Origin: Octopus vulgaris
Lineage: Eukaryota
Length of the DNA: 64,000 bases
Direction: 5' to 3'
Assembly: GCA_951406725.2 (NCBI GenBank)
Contig: OX597817.1
Location: 155,248,001-155,312,000, forward strand
How positions within the stretch are numbered: position 1 is the stretch's first letter; each line of letters begins with the position of its first letter. The position numbers and the translations under genes are program-made. The notes below the pieces were generated by a model. That model was not told the DNA's origin. It saw only the letters and a list, made by a program, of their open reading frames with translations, and did not search any database. This document shows positions 1-11,258 of the stretch, in pieces.

Positions 1-255
1 GGATGGTTTGACAGGAGCTGACCAGGCAGAAGCCTGCACCAGGCTTCTGTGATTCTTTTGATAAGATTTTTACAGCTGGATACCCTTCTTAACACCAACC
101 ACTTAGCAGAGTGGACTTAGTGCTTTTTATGTGGCACAAGCACAGGCAAGATCAGTTTTATAGCTGGATGCCCTTCCAAATGCCAACCACTTTACAGTGT
201 GGACTGGATGCTTCTTAAGTGGCCCCTGCACTGATAGGGTCACCAAGTACCTTGC
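1..255 (-). mobile_element. RTE-tail non-autonomous retroposon/SINE fragment
   Basis: Reverse complement of the family gagtggttggtgttaggaagggcatccagc...ccaacccatgc seen at 1105, 8652, 10640 and 22325. Confidence 0.65.
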
Positions 256-387
256 TTGTCTCTAAATTAATGATTTTCTGCTATTGATAGAATTCATTAT
301 TATTATAAATGTAATGAGTAGTAGAACTGGTAGAGTGTCAGACAAAATATCTTGTGCAGTTTAGTTATGCATCATTAAGTCACCTAT

Positions 388-625
388 CTTTTTTACTTGT
401 TTCAGTTAATAGGAATGCTGCAAAGCTGGAGTACTGCTTTGAAGAGTTTAATCGAACAAATTGATCCCAGTACATATTTTACTTATTCTATCATTCTCTT
501 TTGTTAAACTGCTAAGTTACAGGGGTGCAAATTAACACCTGTTGTCAAGTGATGGTGGACATACACAAACTCACACACATGTCAATATATATATATATGT
601 ATATATATATATGTGTGTGTGTGTG
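388..625 (-). mobile_element. Degraded SINE family A (3' part)
   Basis: ttttacttgtttcagt...gctggagtactgc...ctgctaagttac matches the family A tail and body. Confidence 0.65.
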
Positions 626-666
626 ATAAATCTCTGAACGAGGTGTAAACAGTAGCTGCACGTCAA

Positions 667-851
667 TGTGAAGTATATTTGCCATCTAAATGTGGCTAAT
701 CACTAAGGGGATGGATGGCTTCCCTTTGCAAATACTGATAGGGCACAGAAAGTGTGTCAATAGCCAGCTGGAGAAGATGTTCTCCTGGGGCTACAAGCTA
801 CAGTAGCATCCACCCTTAGTGGTTAGCCACATTTAGATGACAAATATACTT

Positions 852-855
<4 letters not shown>
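667..855. repeat. Fold-back/MITE-like element with ~45-bp inverted arms
   Basis: tgtgaagtatatttgccatctaaatgtggctaatcactaaggg versus cccttagtggttagccacatttagatgacaaatatacttcaca. Confidence 0.75.
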
Positions 856-901
<46 letters not shown>

Positions 902-911
<10 letters not shown>

Positions 912-1060
912 GAAAAAGGAGGCAGTCAGAATTTTGGATAATTTTTTATTTAGTGCTTTCATCCATTCATGAAGATTTTTTGAATGTTGTCATGAATGGA
1001 TGAAAGTGCTAAATAAAGAACTATCCAAAATTCGGACTGCCTCTTTTTTCTTAATATATA
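902..1060. repeat. Palindrome (~70-bp arms, 17-bp spacer) next to (TA)n
   Basis: Arms 902-972 and 990-1060 are reverse complements with few mismatches. Confidence 0.85.
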
Positions 1061-1104
1061 ATGATATCTAGACATCACTTCAAATACTCTATACACACAC
1101 ACAC

Positions 1105-1310
1105 ATCAGTGCTGGTGCCAAGTAAAAACCACTCAATCCACTCTGTAAGCTGGTTGGTATTAGGAGGGGCATCCAACCATAAAAACCATACCAAAACAGA
1201 CAGTGGAAACTGGTGCAGTCTTCTGCCTAGCCAGTTCCTGTCAAACTGTCCAACCCATGCCAGCATGGAAAACTGACATTAAATGATGATAATGATGATG
1301 ATGATGATGA
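1105..1310 (+). mobile_element. RTE-tail non-autonomous retroposon/SINE
   Basis: ...gtccaacccatgccagcatggaaaactgacattaaa followed by a (TGA)n tail. Confidence 0.7.
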
Positions 1311-1319
1311 TACATGGAC

Positions 1320-1490
1320 CTCCACACTGTTTCCATCTAACAAATTCATTCATAGGCATTGGTCAGTTGAGGTAGGTGGGGGGCACTATTGTAGAAAACA
1401 TCTACCCATGGTGCCACACAGTGGGACTGAACCCCAAAACGGTTGCAAAGGGTGCTTCTGAACCACACAGCCATGTTTTGTACCTATATG
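1320..1490 (-). mobile_element. Degraded SINE family A head
   Basis: gtgccacacagtgggactgaaccc...ccacacagcc is the reverse of the tRNA-like head with B-box ggttcagtccc. Confidence 0.6.
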
Positions 1491-2100
1491 TCATGTATGT
1501 TTATATCACAAGTTCAAATCTCATCAAGTCCAACTCGGCTCTTTATCTTACTGGTATCAATAAAGATAAATACTTGTGAAGTAGTGAAGCTGGTTTCATT
1601 GACTGCACACAACCACAAAATTTATCACCGTGTGCTAAAGTTACAAACTGCTATTACCACTAAATAGTTTGATGGTTTAGCTCTTTAATATGTTGAAGGT
1701 AATGCCTATGCATAGTCACAGTCCAATGACTGAACAGAGTAAATGAACGTATTTCTAGATGTTTTCTCACATCACTGATTATTAATATTCATAATTAGGA
1801 GAGTTGTGACACTGAACATTGGGCCATTGAATTCATTCATTTCATATTTTTTCAATGACATCTGCTAATTTCTCCCTTGAGATCTCTCATTTTAACCTCC
1901 TGAAGTGTAAACAGTTGTTTTCAATGCTGTATTATAAAAATATGAAATTACATGTGAGTACTAACAAGTCTTACAAACTAAGAATTAAACCTTGTCCCTA
2001 TTTTAATGATGATAAGTTTACTAAGAGAAATTGGAGGTGTTACTGAACAAGCCGGGTGATTGTATCACGTTTCTCTCATTGGCTTCTGCAAACGTGACTT

Positions 2101-2178
2101 ATGTCTCTAGTACCTAAACATTTTCTCAACATGGTCATAATTTTCCCTCTATCTTTTGCATTGGCATTTCAAATCTAA
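2101..2178 (+). CDS. Candidate 25-aa small ORF, copy 1 (MSLVPKHFLNMVIIFPLSFALAFQI)
   Basis: ATG at 2101, TAA at 2176-2178; paralogous to 3602-3679 with 4 of 6 substitutions synonymous. Confidence 0.25.
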   Translation: MSLVPKHFLNMVIIFPLSFALAFQI

Positions 2179-2333
2179 TGATCAAACAGCACTCTTTATT
2201 TGATATGACAGTTCTGTCTGACAGCTCACAACTTATTTCTGATACATTGTTTAACTTCAAGTCAGCCCAGATCAAGCAAACCAATGATTAAAGATGTTCC
2301 AGTTACAAACATCCCATCTTGCTTTATATCCAA

Positions 2334-2718
2334 CTAGCAGTATCGCCCGGCGTTGCTCAGGTTTGTAAGGGAAATAACTATAAAGCATTTTTAGAGAGTT
2401 ATAGCCAAAAAATAGCAAAAAAATGGAAAAAAATGATGGTAAATTTTTTTTTGAGATTTAAAAAAGGTAGAGTTGCGTCCCCTACACAGTTTGTGGTTCG
2501 TATTCCTGATTCTCGACCCCATGTCGAATTTATCGATTTTTTTCAGAACTGGGGGAACTTTTCAAAATTTTCGCTGCGTTAGTTTTGAATTATGACATTG
2601 GGCTATGTGTGTGTCAAGTTTCATCAGAATCGGTTGAAAGCCGTGGTCAGGGTGAGGGTACAAGCAAACAGACACACAGAAACACGCACAGACAAACTGC
2701 CGTTTATATAGAGAGAGA
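2334..2718 (-). mobile_element. Non-autonomous Helitron
   Basis: Minus strand begins TC, ends with a GC-rich subterminal hairpin then CTAG, inserted between A and T; same 3' end as 29570-30483. Confidence 0.8.
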
Positions 2719-3012
2719 TACATCTCTAAAAATGCTTATATAGTTATTTCCCTTACAAACCCGAACAACGCTGGGCGATATTGCTAGTAATATATAAATT
2801 GCCTTAGAATCATATACTACAATCTTAAAAATAAAGATATCATCATCATCATCATCATCGTAAAACGGACGCTAAACGATGATGATGACGATATCTTTAT
2901 TTTTAAGATTGTAGTATATGATTCTAAGGCAATTTATATATTACTAGCAGTATCGCCCGGCGTTGCTCAGGTTTGTAAGGGAAATAACTATATAAGCATT
3001 TTTAAAGATGTA
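2719..3012. repeat. Inverted duplication (~140-bp arms) centred on an RTE-type 3' tail
   Basis: Left arm 2719-2860 mirrors 2875-3012; centre is aaaacggacgctaaacgatgatg. Confidence 0.85.
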
Positions 3013-3336
3013 AAGTATAATAGCCATCTCAATATGGCTAACCACAAAGGGGGGGTGTTACTGTAGCTTTTTACGTTCTGAGATTTAATAAATTTTTAGA
3101 GAGCTACTTCCCTTATATATGCCAAAAATGCATTAAAAATGGGAAAAATTGATGGTAAATTGTTTTTAAAATCGTAGACTCATCGTAGACGTGTGCTAAT
3201 ACCCAGAAGGGCTCGATATGAATCACAACGATAAGATACCCGAATTTAGTTAAACTGCACCGCAAAATGTGGGAGTAGTTAGGAATCTAAATCGTAGGAG
3301 ACAGACAGCACACAACCTCACTTTTATATATAAAGA
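2944..3336 (-). mobile_element. Non-autonomous Helitron
   Basis: 5' TCTTTATATATAAAAGT at 3336 and 3' hairpin plus CTAG at 2944-2947; similar to 30087-30483. Confidence 0.8.
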
Positions 3337-3601
3337 TTTGAAGTAGATTAGACAAGTGCATAGAGGTTGTGTGAAAAGAGGTTAAAAGAGTTAGCAACAA
3401 CAAATTTTTATAGTTATCCCTCACTCAGTTCATTAGCTAGAAAAAAATTCTAACAGATCATATTTTCTTCCCTGCATCTACTTCACAACAAGGGTTAAAA
3501 CCAGCAACTGGCTATCAGTATATTTTCATTCCTCAAATACTCCCCACTCTGGCCAAATAACCTCTTCTACAATGTGAATCTCTTTTCTCATACATCATAT
3601 G

Positions 3602-3679
3602 ATGTCTCTCGTACCTAAACAATTTCTCAATATGGTCACAATTTTTCCCCTATCTTTTGCATTGGCATTTCAAATCTAA
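3602..3679 (+). CDS. Candidate 25-aa small ORF, copy 2 (MSLVPKQFLNMVTIFPLSFALAFQI)
   Basis: ATG at 3602 (extra in-frame ATG at 3599), TAA at 3677-3679; paralogue of 2101-2178. Confidence 0.25.
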   Translation: MSLVPKQFLNMVTIFPLSFALAFQI

Positions 3680-3757
3680 TGATTAAACTGTGCCCTTTAT
3701 TTGATATGACAGTTCTGTCTGAAAGCCCACAGCTTGTTCTGATGCATGCATTATATA

Positions 3758-4209
3758 TATATTTCTTTACTACCCATAAGGGGCTAAACATAGAGGGGAC
3801 AAACAAGGATAGACAAAGGGATTAAGTCGATTACATCGACCCCAGTGCGTAACTAGTACTTAATTTATCGACCCCGAAAGGATGAAAGGCAAAGTCGACC
3901 TCGGCAGAATTTGAACTCAGAACGTAACGACAGACGAAATCCCGCTAAGCATCTCGCCCGGCGTGCTATCGTTTCTTATTTCTTTATTACCCACAAGGGG
4001 CTAAACATAGAGGGGACAAACAAGGATAGACAAAGGGATTAAGTCGATTACATCGACCCCAGTGCGTAACTGGTACTTAATTTATCGACCCCGAAAGGAT
4101 GAAAGGCAAAGTCGACCTCGGCAGAATTTGAACTCGGAACGTAACGACAGACGAAATACTGCTACGAATTTCGCCCGGCGTGCTAACGTTTCTACCAGTT
4201 CGCCGCCTA
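3758..4209 (-). mobile_element. Tandem dimer of tRNA-derived SINE family C (Meta-domain-like)
   Basis: Two ~220-bp units with cctttcatcctttcggggtcgataaattaagtac on the minus strand; one 16-bp TSD atgcatgcattatata (3742-3757, 4210-4225). Confidence 0.85.
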
Positions 4210-4514
4210 ATGCATGCATTATATAGTCTCACTTATATGTAAAGAGACAATTTCATTATATTTTCACTGTTGCAGTGAAGCATCTCTAATTAGTTCTAAT
4301 CAAGGAAACCTATAACACAAAAGTAATTGATATAACAGTTGTTTGTTCTATGTTCTACTATAACAAAAACACTTACATTAAAAGTATTTAGTGTATTTAG
4401 TGTGAACAATATGAACTAGCACCCAAATATTTGATTTGCAGAATATTAATTGAATTTCAACAATGACACACCTCATTGTTGACTCCAGAATCAGCAGCAG
4501 CAACTAAACTTCAG

Positions 4515-4615
4515 CCAATGTGATAGAGTGGTTACTGCAAAAGTCAAAGCCTACATCCCTGTAAAAAACAAAAGGTATGCTCCTTTTGTCTGAATGAAAA
4601 TTTGTTGATAGTGCT
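4515..4615 (+). pseudogene. Possible relic of a Penelope-like GIY-YIG C-terminus
   Basis: With one frameshift reads KVKAYIPVK..VCSFCLNENLLI, resembling the AY.P....C.LCL.EK motif. Confidence 0.3.
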
Positions 4616-4711
4616 TTCTGATATGGACCTAAACCATCCATGTTCTGTATTGAACATTACATACTACTATTGCTATGAAATCAAGATAAAACAAGAAATT
4701 GACTGACCTAG

Positions 4712-6076
4712 TGCTATATCGCACATTCAGATGACGTACCTTTGCCAATAACGTACCTCTACTCAACTACCAAACTCTCACTTCCAACGACTCGACTCAA
4801 CAGAACTTGACATCTAGTCTACCGATGGCTCTGGCTTGCTCTACACAGTGCTTCCCATCTAGCTATCATGTCCACTATCTATACATATTGGACTAGCCTA
4901 CTTATCGTCTGGGGGTATCCACACAACACCTCCCACTTTTGAGAGTTTTTTTTTTCCCCAAACCCGAATTTATCAATTTCATTTCCTTGCATATCTTTTT
5001 CTCTTAGCGTTAATTTCCATAATTTCTATAGGTGTTCTCTTCCTGTTTGACCTACATGTCAGTTCTGCTTCTGCATGTGGTTCTGGGACCTCAAACAAAT
5101 CATACCATATATCCATTGGTTCCTCTCGCCTCTCTTGATTTTTGGTACATCTTTTTTTTAATTGGTTTATATGCCTTCTGTATTCATATTTTGGTCATTT
5201 TACCATGTGCATCACGTTACCCAGACGTCCAGTTATACTTCCTTGTTCCCAGTCCTGTTTTCCGTTTCTATATATTTTAAAATACACTTCATCACCTGTG
5301 TTAAAGAATTTCGTTCTTCTTCCCAAATTTTCTATTTTCTGTTTCCTACTCGGCAACAATTTATCAAAAATAGAACAAATTTTCCTGGAAAACATAAAAT
5401 CTGCAGGTGACCTACCCGACTCTGCATTTGGATTCGGTGTTATTCTATACACCTGCAAAAACTTTGTCATATTTGTATCTTCAAGGATTTCCCGTCTGGT
5501 CTTTCTTAAAGCTCTCTTGAATGCGTCGACAAATCTTTCCGCTAACCCATTTGACCTTGGATGGTATAGCGGAGTTAACACATGCTTCATTTGAACCGAC
5601 TTACAGAATCTTTTGAACACCTTCACCATAAATTGTGTACCATTATCTGACACGATAGCATCTGGCACCCCAAAACGAGCGAATAATTCTTCCAAGAAGT
5701 CAATAGTCACACTTGTGGTTGGCCTTGAACATTTACACACTTCAGGCCACTTGGAATAGCTATCCACCACGATGGTATAATGAGAGCCATTTATTGGTCC
5801 TGCGAAATCCACATGACAACTGCTTTCAGTAACTCTTGCATTTCGGTACTATTTGAAACCTTGTTGCCACTGTTATGTCGCATGTTCGGCTGGTGTACCT
5901 TCACCAATGACGTACCTCTACTTAACTACCAAACTTTCACTCCGACGACTTGACTCAACAGAACTCAACGTCTAGTCCACTGACGGCTCTATGCGACGCT
6001 TCCCATCCACCTATCATGTCCACTGTTTATACATATTGGACCAGCCTACATATCGTCTGGGGCCATCCACACAATA
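4712..6076 (-). mobile_element. Internally deleted Ty3/Gypsy (Mag-like) LTR retrotransposon
   Basis: LTRs 4712-4928 and 5871-6076; 5-bp TSD CCTAG (4707-4711, 6077-6081); PBS-like TGGCAACAAG after the 5' LTR; PPT AAAAGTGGGAGG before the 3' LTR. Confidence 0.92.
5141..5815 (-). pseudogene. Gypsy integrase core (rve, D,D35E), truncated
   Basis: HVDFAGP...VVDSYSKWPE...VSDNGTQF...YHPRSNGLAERF; premature TGA at 5195-5197, frame continues RRHINQLKKR. Confidence 0.9.
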
Positions 6077-6515
6077 CCTAGACAACAGACTTCTCTAGGT
6101 GCAGGATATAATGAAAGAAAGTATCAAATCACTCTTTCACTTTTAAATAGATTAGCTGCAGTCAATCATATAAAGAAATCACTTCACATTTGAGCATTTT
6201 TACCACCAGCTCACAACAACCTTTTGCTCAGAGCCATGTAGACCAGACATAGAGATCAATCATTTCAGCAACTACCATCTATGCAGCTCACCCACTGACC
6301 ACAATACCGTAGCTAGATTTGTGTTACATAGTTCATACGTCTTTCATTTTCTTGTACGGATGAAACAACTTAGTTTGATGTACGGATGAAACAACTTTGA
6401 CAAGTTACATGAACAATGATGATATGAATGGATGCACAATATACAGTTACAGACCATTGTAGCTGACACTACTGTTGCAAGTCTTCAGTTTACAGATACA
6501 AGCCATTGCAAACTA

Positions 6516-6908
6516 ACTCTTTTACTCTTTACTCTTTTACTTGTTTCAGTCATTTGACTGCGGCCATGCTGGAGCACCGCCTTTAATCGAGCAGCTCGAC
6601 CCCGGGACTTATTCTTTTTGTAAGCTCAGTACTTATTCTATCGGTCTCTTTTGCCGAACCGCTAAGTAATGGGGACATAAACACACCAGCATCGGTTGTC
6701 AAGCAATGCTAGGGGGACAAACACAGACACACACATACATATATACGATGGGCTTCTTTCAGTTTCCGTCTACCAAATCAACTCACAAGGCATTGGTCGG
6801 CCCGGGGCTATAGCAGAAGACACTTGCCCAAGATGCCACACAGTGGGACTGAACCCGGAACCATGTGGTTGGTTAGCAAGCTACTTACCACACAGCCACT
6901 CCTGCGCC
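6516..6908 (-). mobile_element. SINE family A, full length (tRNA head, CORE-like segment, CR1-type tail)
   Basis: Head ggcgcaggagtggctgtgtggtaag with B-box, cttgggcaagtgtctt CORE-like motif, tail ggcggtgctccagcatggccgcagtcaaatgactgaaacaa(gtaaaaga)n. Confidence 0.9.
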
Positions 6909-7289
6909 TATAACGATTACAAATCATTACAAAGTACATAATCTTACAAATCTTAAGCCATTGCAGCTCATAGTTACACATTTTTTCTTTTGCCCATTGC
7001 AACAATTGAATCACTTTGAATGTAATTTTTCATTCAGCTGTCTCAAGATGAGACATGTACTCAACTGAACAAACACTCAAAACAGAAAATTATTACTCTC
7101 CTTTTTTGTGCCAATCTAAGAGGAACTGTTATATACTCCATATAACATGTTTTCTATATCTGAATTACTCTTATATAGAATTTTGAACTCATGTTTTATA
7201 TCAATCCTAATGATCATTATTCCAACACTTATATTGGATAGGTTTATACACTTTAGGTAGAAAAAAATCTGATACATATCTTTTATCTT

Positions 7290-7460
7290 ATTTTTTTTTC
7301 TTTTATTTGTTTCAATCAATGAAGAGCTTTGTCGAACAAACTTATCTCAGGACTTATTCTATCAGTCTCTTGCTGAACTGCTAAGTTATTGGGACATAAA
7401 CAAACCAGCATCAGTTGTTAAGCAGTGGAGAGGAAAAACAAACACACACACACATGCACA

Positions 7461-7502
<42 letters not shown>

Positions 7503-7635
7503 ATAGGCTTCTTTCAATTTCTGTCTACCAAATACACTCACAAGGTTTTAGTCATCCAGAGGCTATAAAAAAAGACAGTTACCCAAGGTGCCATGCAGTG
7601 GGACTGAACCTGAAACCATGTAGTTGAGAAACAAA
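7290..7635 (-). mobile_element. SINE family A, degraded
   Basis: Same body and head motifs with internal (CA)n. Confidence 0.75.
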
Positions 7636-7864
7636 CTTCCTACCACCCTGCCATGCAATACAATTACTGCAAGGACTGTCCTCTCTGCGCAACCACCTAA
7701 CCTTATTTCACACATGATCATTACCATCCTTTGTTTATTGAGGGTATGAGGGTATACCATCCCACAATATAAAAACATGTGTTCCTTATTTAAAGAATCT
7801 ACAGATACACAGTTAAACAGTTCTAGCGAGGAATTAAAGATTGCAAAGTCAATTCAATACTCAC

Positions 7865-7899
7865 GCGGTGCCGCCTCTCCCTCACATCTGAGTTTCATT
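7865..7899 (-). other. Candidate 35-nt exon
   Basis: ttattgtag|AATGAAACTCAGATGTGAGGGAGAGGCGGCACCGC|gtgagt; GC-rich patch in AT-rich unique DNA. Confidence 0.3.
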
Positions 7900-8651
7900 C
7901 TACAATAAGGCTATAATAAGGAAACCGTTAAGGAAGATTTTGCTGTTCTATCAGCAGATCAAGTGACCCTATAAGAAACTATTGCAAGTTTGTAATAATC
8001 CCCAACTCCCTGTAGAGACTGACAATCCTTTATCTTCCAGCTGTTATCATAGACTCGAGTTACATCATAAGATTCCAACGCAGAACCTTAAATACAGTTG
8101 TTTACTTTCATAACATGACTTATGTGATATTTAATAGTTGCAGCAGCAGTAAGAACTGAGGAGTGGCAAAGACAATAAAAGCGCAGGACTCAATGACTTG
8201 AAATAATTCAGTTAAGTTCATTTACATTCCAAGTTCAAATCCCACAAGGTGTGACTTAGCCTTTTACCTCTCGGGGATTGATAACGCAAGTAGCAATCAT
8301 ATTTCCAGCAATGACTGAACTGGCTATACCCTTTCTCCACAAATTCAATGCACTGCGTACCAAAGTTAGAGATCTAAAGCTATTTCTGCTTTATTAATAC
8401 TGATGGTATTAACCAATAGCTATGTCCTCTTAATCATGTTTGCATTTCGTCATTAGCCTCATTAATTTCTAAATGGATCGTGGTTGTGTAAATTTTATAA
8501 GCTAAGCACTTTAAATATTTTGATACCCAAAACGAGACAACAACAAAACTCTGTTTGGCTTCTGCTGCCATGATGACGCTGAACACCCTAATGGAAAAGC
8601 AACTTAACTAGTCTTCTAATCTAATGTATATACTATATACACTATATATAT

Positions 8652-8816
8652 GCACTCTTGGAGTGGTTGGTGTTAGGAAGGGCATCCAGCTGTAGAAACT
8701 CTGCCAGATCAGATTGGAGTCTGGTGCAGCCATCTGGATCACCAGACCCCAGTCAAATCGTCCAACCCATGCTAGCATGGAAAGCGGACGTTAAACGATG
8801 ATGATGATGATGATGA
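8652..8816 (+). mobile_element. RTE-tail non-autonomous retroposon/SINE in (TA)n
   Basis: gagtggttggtgttaggaagggcatccagc...ccaacccatgctagcatggaaagcggacgttaaac(gat)n. Confidence 0.8.
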
Positions 8817-8981
8817 TATATATATATATATATAAGTAGATAAATGAATTATCTTATTACGGATAATTCGAAAGATAACCGATTCCTGGGTAGCAAACTC
8901 ACAACAGAAAGAGCACGGTTGAAGCTACGACCATAGGGCATATACTCCGTGCCTTAGTGCGGAAATTTGAAGTTTAATTTA

Positions 8982-9116
8982 ATATAATAAGTATAGGAAA
9001 GAATGGAGCTGAGCGAAGATTTAACAAAATTCCTTTATTTTATTTTCGACATGTCGAAAATAAAATAAAGGAATTTTGTTAAATCTTCGCTCAGCTCCAT
9101 TCTTTCCTATACTTAT

Positions 9117-9121
<5 letters not shown>
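8982..9121. repeat. Perfect 140-bp spacer-less palindrome
   Basis: Centre cgaca|tgtcg at 9051/9052; no mismatch seen between the arms. Confidence 0.95.
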
Positions 9122-9153
<32 letters not shown>

Positions 9154-9883
9154 GTGTGTGGCAGATCATTAGTAAGGAGAGACACAAAAAAAAAACAAAG
9201 AAGAAAGCAAAAGACCACAGATGGGGTCACAGAAGTGTGTGGAAAGAATTCTGGCCAAAATACAATTAATATAAAGTAAAGTTGAAGCAAGTGGACACCA
9301 AATATATAGTGCGTGTGTTTTCATTGGCCAAACTGGCAACATGACCATCTCCGAATGCAACAATATATACATATACATATATATATATGTATATACATAT
9401 ATATATATAGTTGGAATTTACAAAAGACGAAGACAGGTGTATAAACAACAAACAGGTGTATTAGTTTAACGCTTAGGAAGGTGAGAGAGTCTTTTACATT
9501 TTGAGCCTATGCTCTTAAACATGTATATACATAATATGCCTTTCCTTTTTCTTCCTTTCCTTCTTTATGTTTGTGTTCATGTACTGTCCTTCCTTTTCTT
9601 GTGGTGGGAATTTTTTACCTCTGGTTGTCCAATGGGGTGAGGGCTCCATTCCTTTGTAGGACCACTGGCACAGAGGGGCTTCTGGTTGCTGCTTCCTTGG
9701 CTCCCGTATCCTTTTCTGCCTGGTCGTTCACAGGGGTGGGGGATCCATTCTTTTGAGGAACCACTGGATCAAAGAGACTTCTGGATTATGATTCCCTTTC
9801 TCTATCCTTATCAGTGTTGAGAAGGGAGGATTACTATAGTAGTTCATACTTTTCTTTTTATATAATTATAATAATTATACACA

Positions 9884-9924
<41 letters not shown>

Positions 9925-9983
9925 ACATGCGATATGTTTTCTATTGAGGGATTGAGATAAAGGTCCACAATAAGTGAGTTAGA

Positions 9984-10030
<47 letters not shown>

Positions 10031-10374
10031 TATATATACACATGCATAAAAATTTGACATGGCCAATTCTTTCTTGTCTTGAGATTCAGTGTTTGGGCAC
10101 GCTTACATTAAAAAACAATTTTAGAATGACTTTTTACTGTCAAAACGCTACAAATAACTGACCAACAAAAAAAAAAACAACAACCAAGATTCAACCAAAT
10201 CAAAAATTAAATCCAAATACTAAGCAAACAAAGATGAACCATCCCACTTCCATTGTGCACACATATGCACACACACACATTCACATATCCTCCTTTTACA
10301 TACATACACATATATTCACACAGAGTTGAAACGCTGTTTGATTTATTTTTTCAGCGTACAATTTTCATCATCCC

Positions 10375-11258
10375 ACTACCAAGTTTGATTCCTGGACTGG
10401 GCTGCCTGTTGTGTTCTTGAGCAAGATACTTTATTTCACGTTGCTCCGCTCCAGTTAACTCAGCTGTAGAAATGAGTTGTGACATCACTGGTACCAAGCT
10501 GTATCGGCCTTTGCCTTTCCCTTAGATAACCACAGGGTTCTGGGTTCAGTTCCACTGTGCAACACCATTGGCAAGAGTCTTCTACTATAGACCAAAGCTC
10601 ACCAACACCTTGCAAGAAAATTTGGTAGACAGAAACTGTGTGGAAGCCCTACTCCTCCTTCCTGTTGAGGGGCTTTGGTCTTGCAAGTTACTTGGTGACC
10701 CCACTGGTGCTGGTGCCATGTAAAAAACACCCAGCCTACTCTGTAAAGTGGTTGGTGTTAGGCAGGGCATCCAGCAGCAGAAACCATGCCAAACCAGACA
10801 ATGGAGACTGGCATGGTCCTCTGGCTTGCCAGCTCCTGCCAAACCATCCAACCCATGCCAGCATGGAAAATGGATGCTAAATGGCGATGATATAGATGGA
10901 TAGATAGACAGATAGACAGACAGATAGATAGATAGATAGATAGATGGATGGATAGATAGATAGACAGATAGATAGATAGACAGATAGACTGATAGATAGA
11001 TGATAGATAGACAGACAGACAGATAGATAGATGCGTGCATTTTCCTGTTTGCCCTTGCACCACAGCTGGACAATCGGTGTTGGTTTGGTTATGCCCCTAT
11101 AACTTAGCAGTTTGGTAAGAGACTGATAGAATGAATACCAGACTTCAGAAACAGATACTGGGATTGATTAATTTGAATAAATCACTCAAGGTGGTGCCCC
11201 AGTATGGCTGCAGTTCAATGACCGAAACAAGTAAAAGATAGGCAATAAATCCGTTCTG
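10375..11258 (+). mobile_element. Nested SINE cluster (family D fragment, family A interrupted by an RTE-tail element and (GATA)n)
   Basis: gtgttcttgagcaagatactt (family D); family A head at ~10535 and tail at ~11210-11258; RTE-tail element at 10640-10890. Confidence 0.7.

Noticed and set aside
6696-7014. Recurring ORFs such as DGLLSVSVYQIHSQGFG..EDTCPRCH (also at 18023, 20651, 43251)
   Set aside because: Chance open frames in SINE family A
9410-9520. Degenerate hammerhead-like words in Penelope-like fragments (also ~38000-38040 and ~43760-43795)
   Set aside because: Core nucleotides or stems too mutated to call a ribozyme
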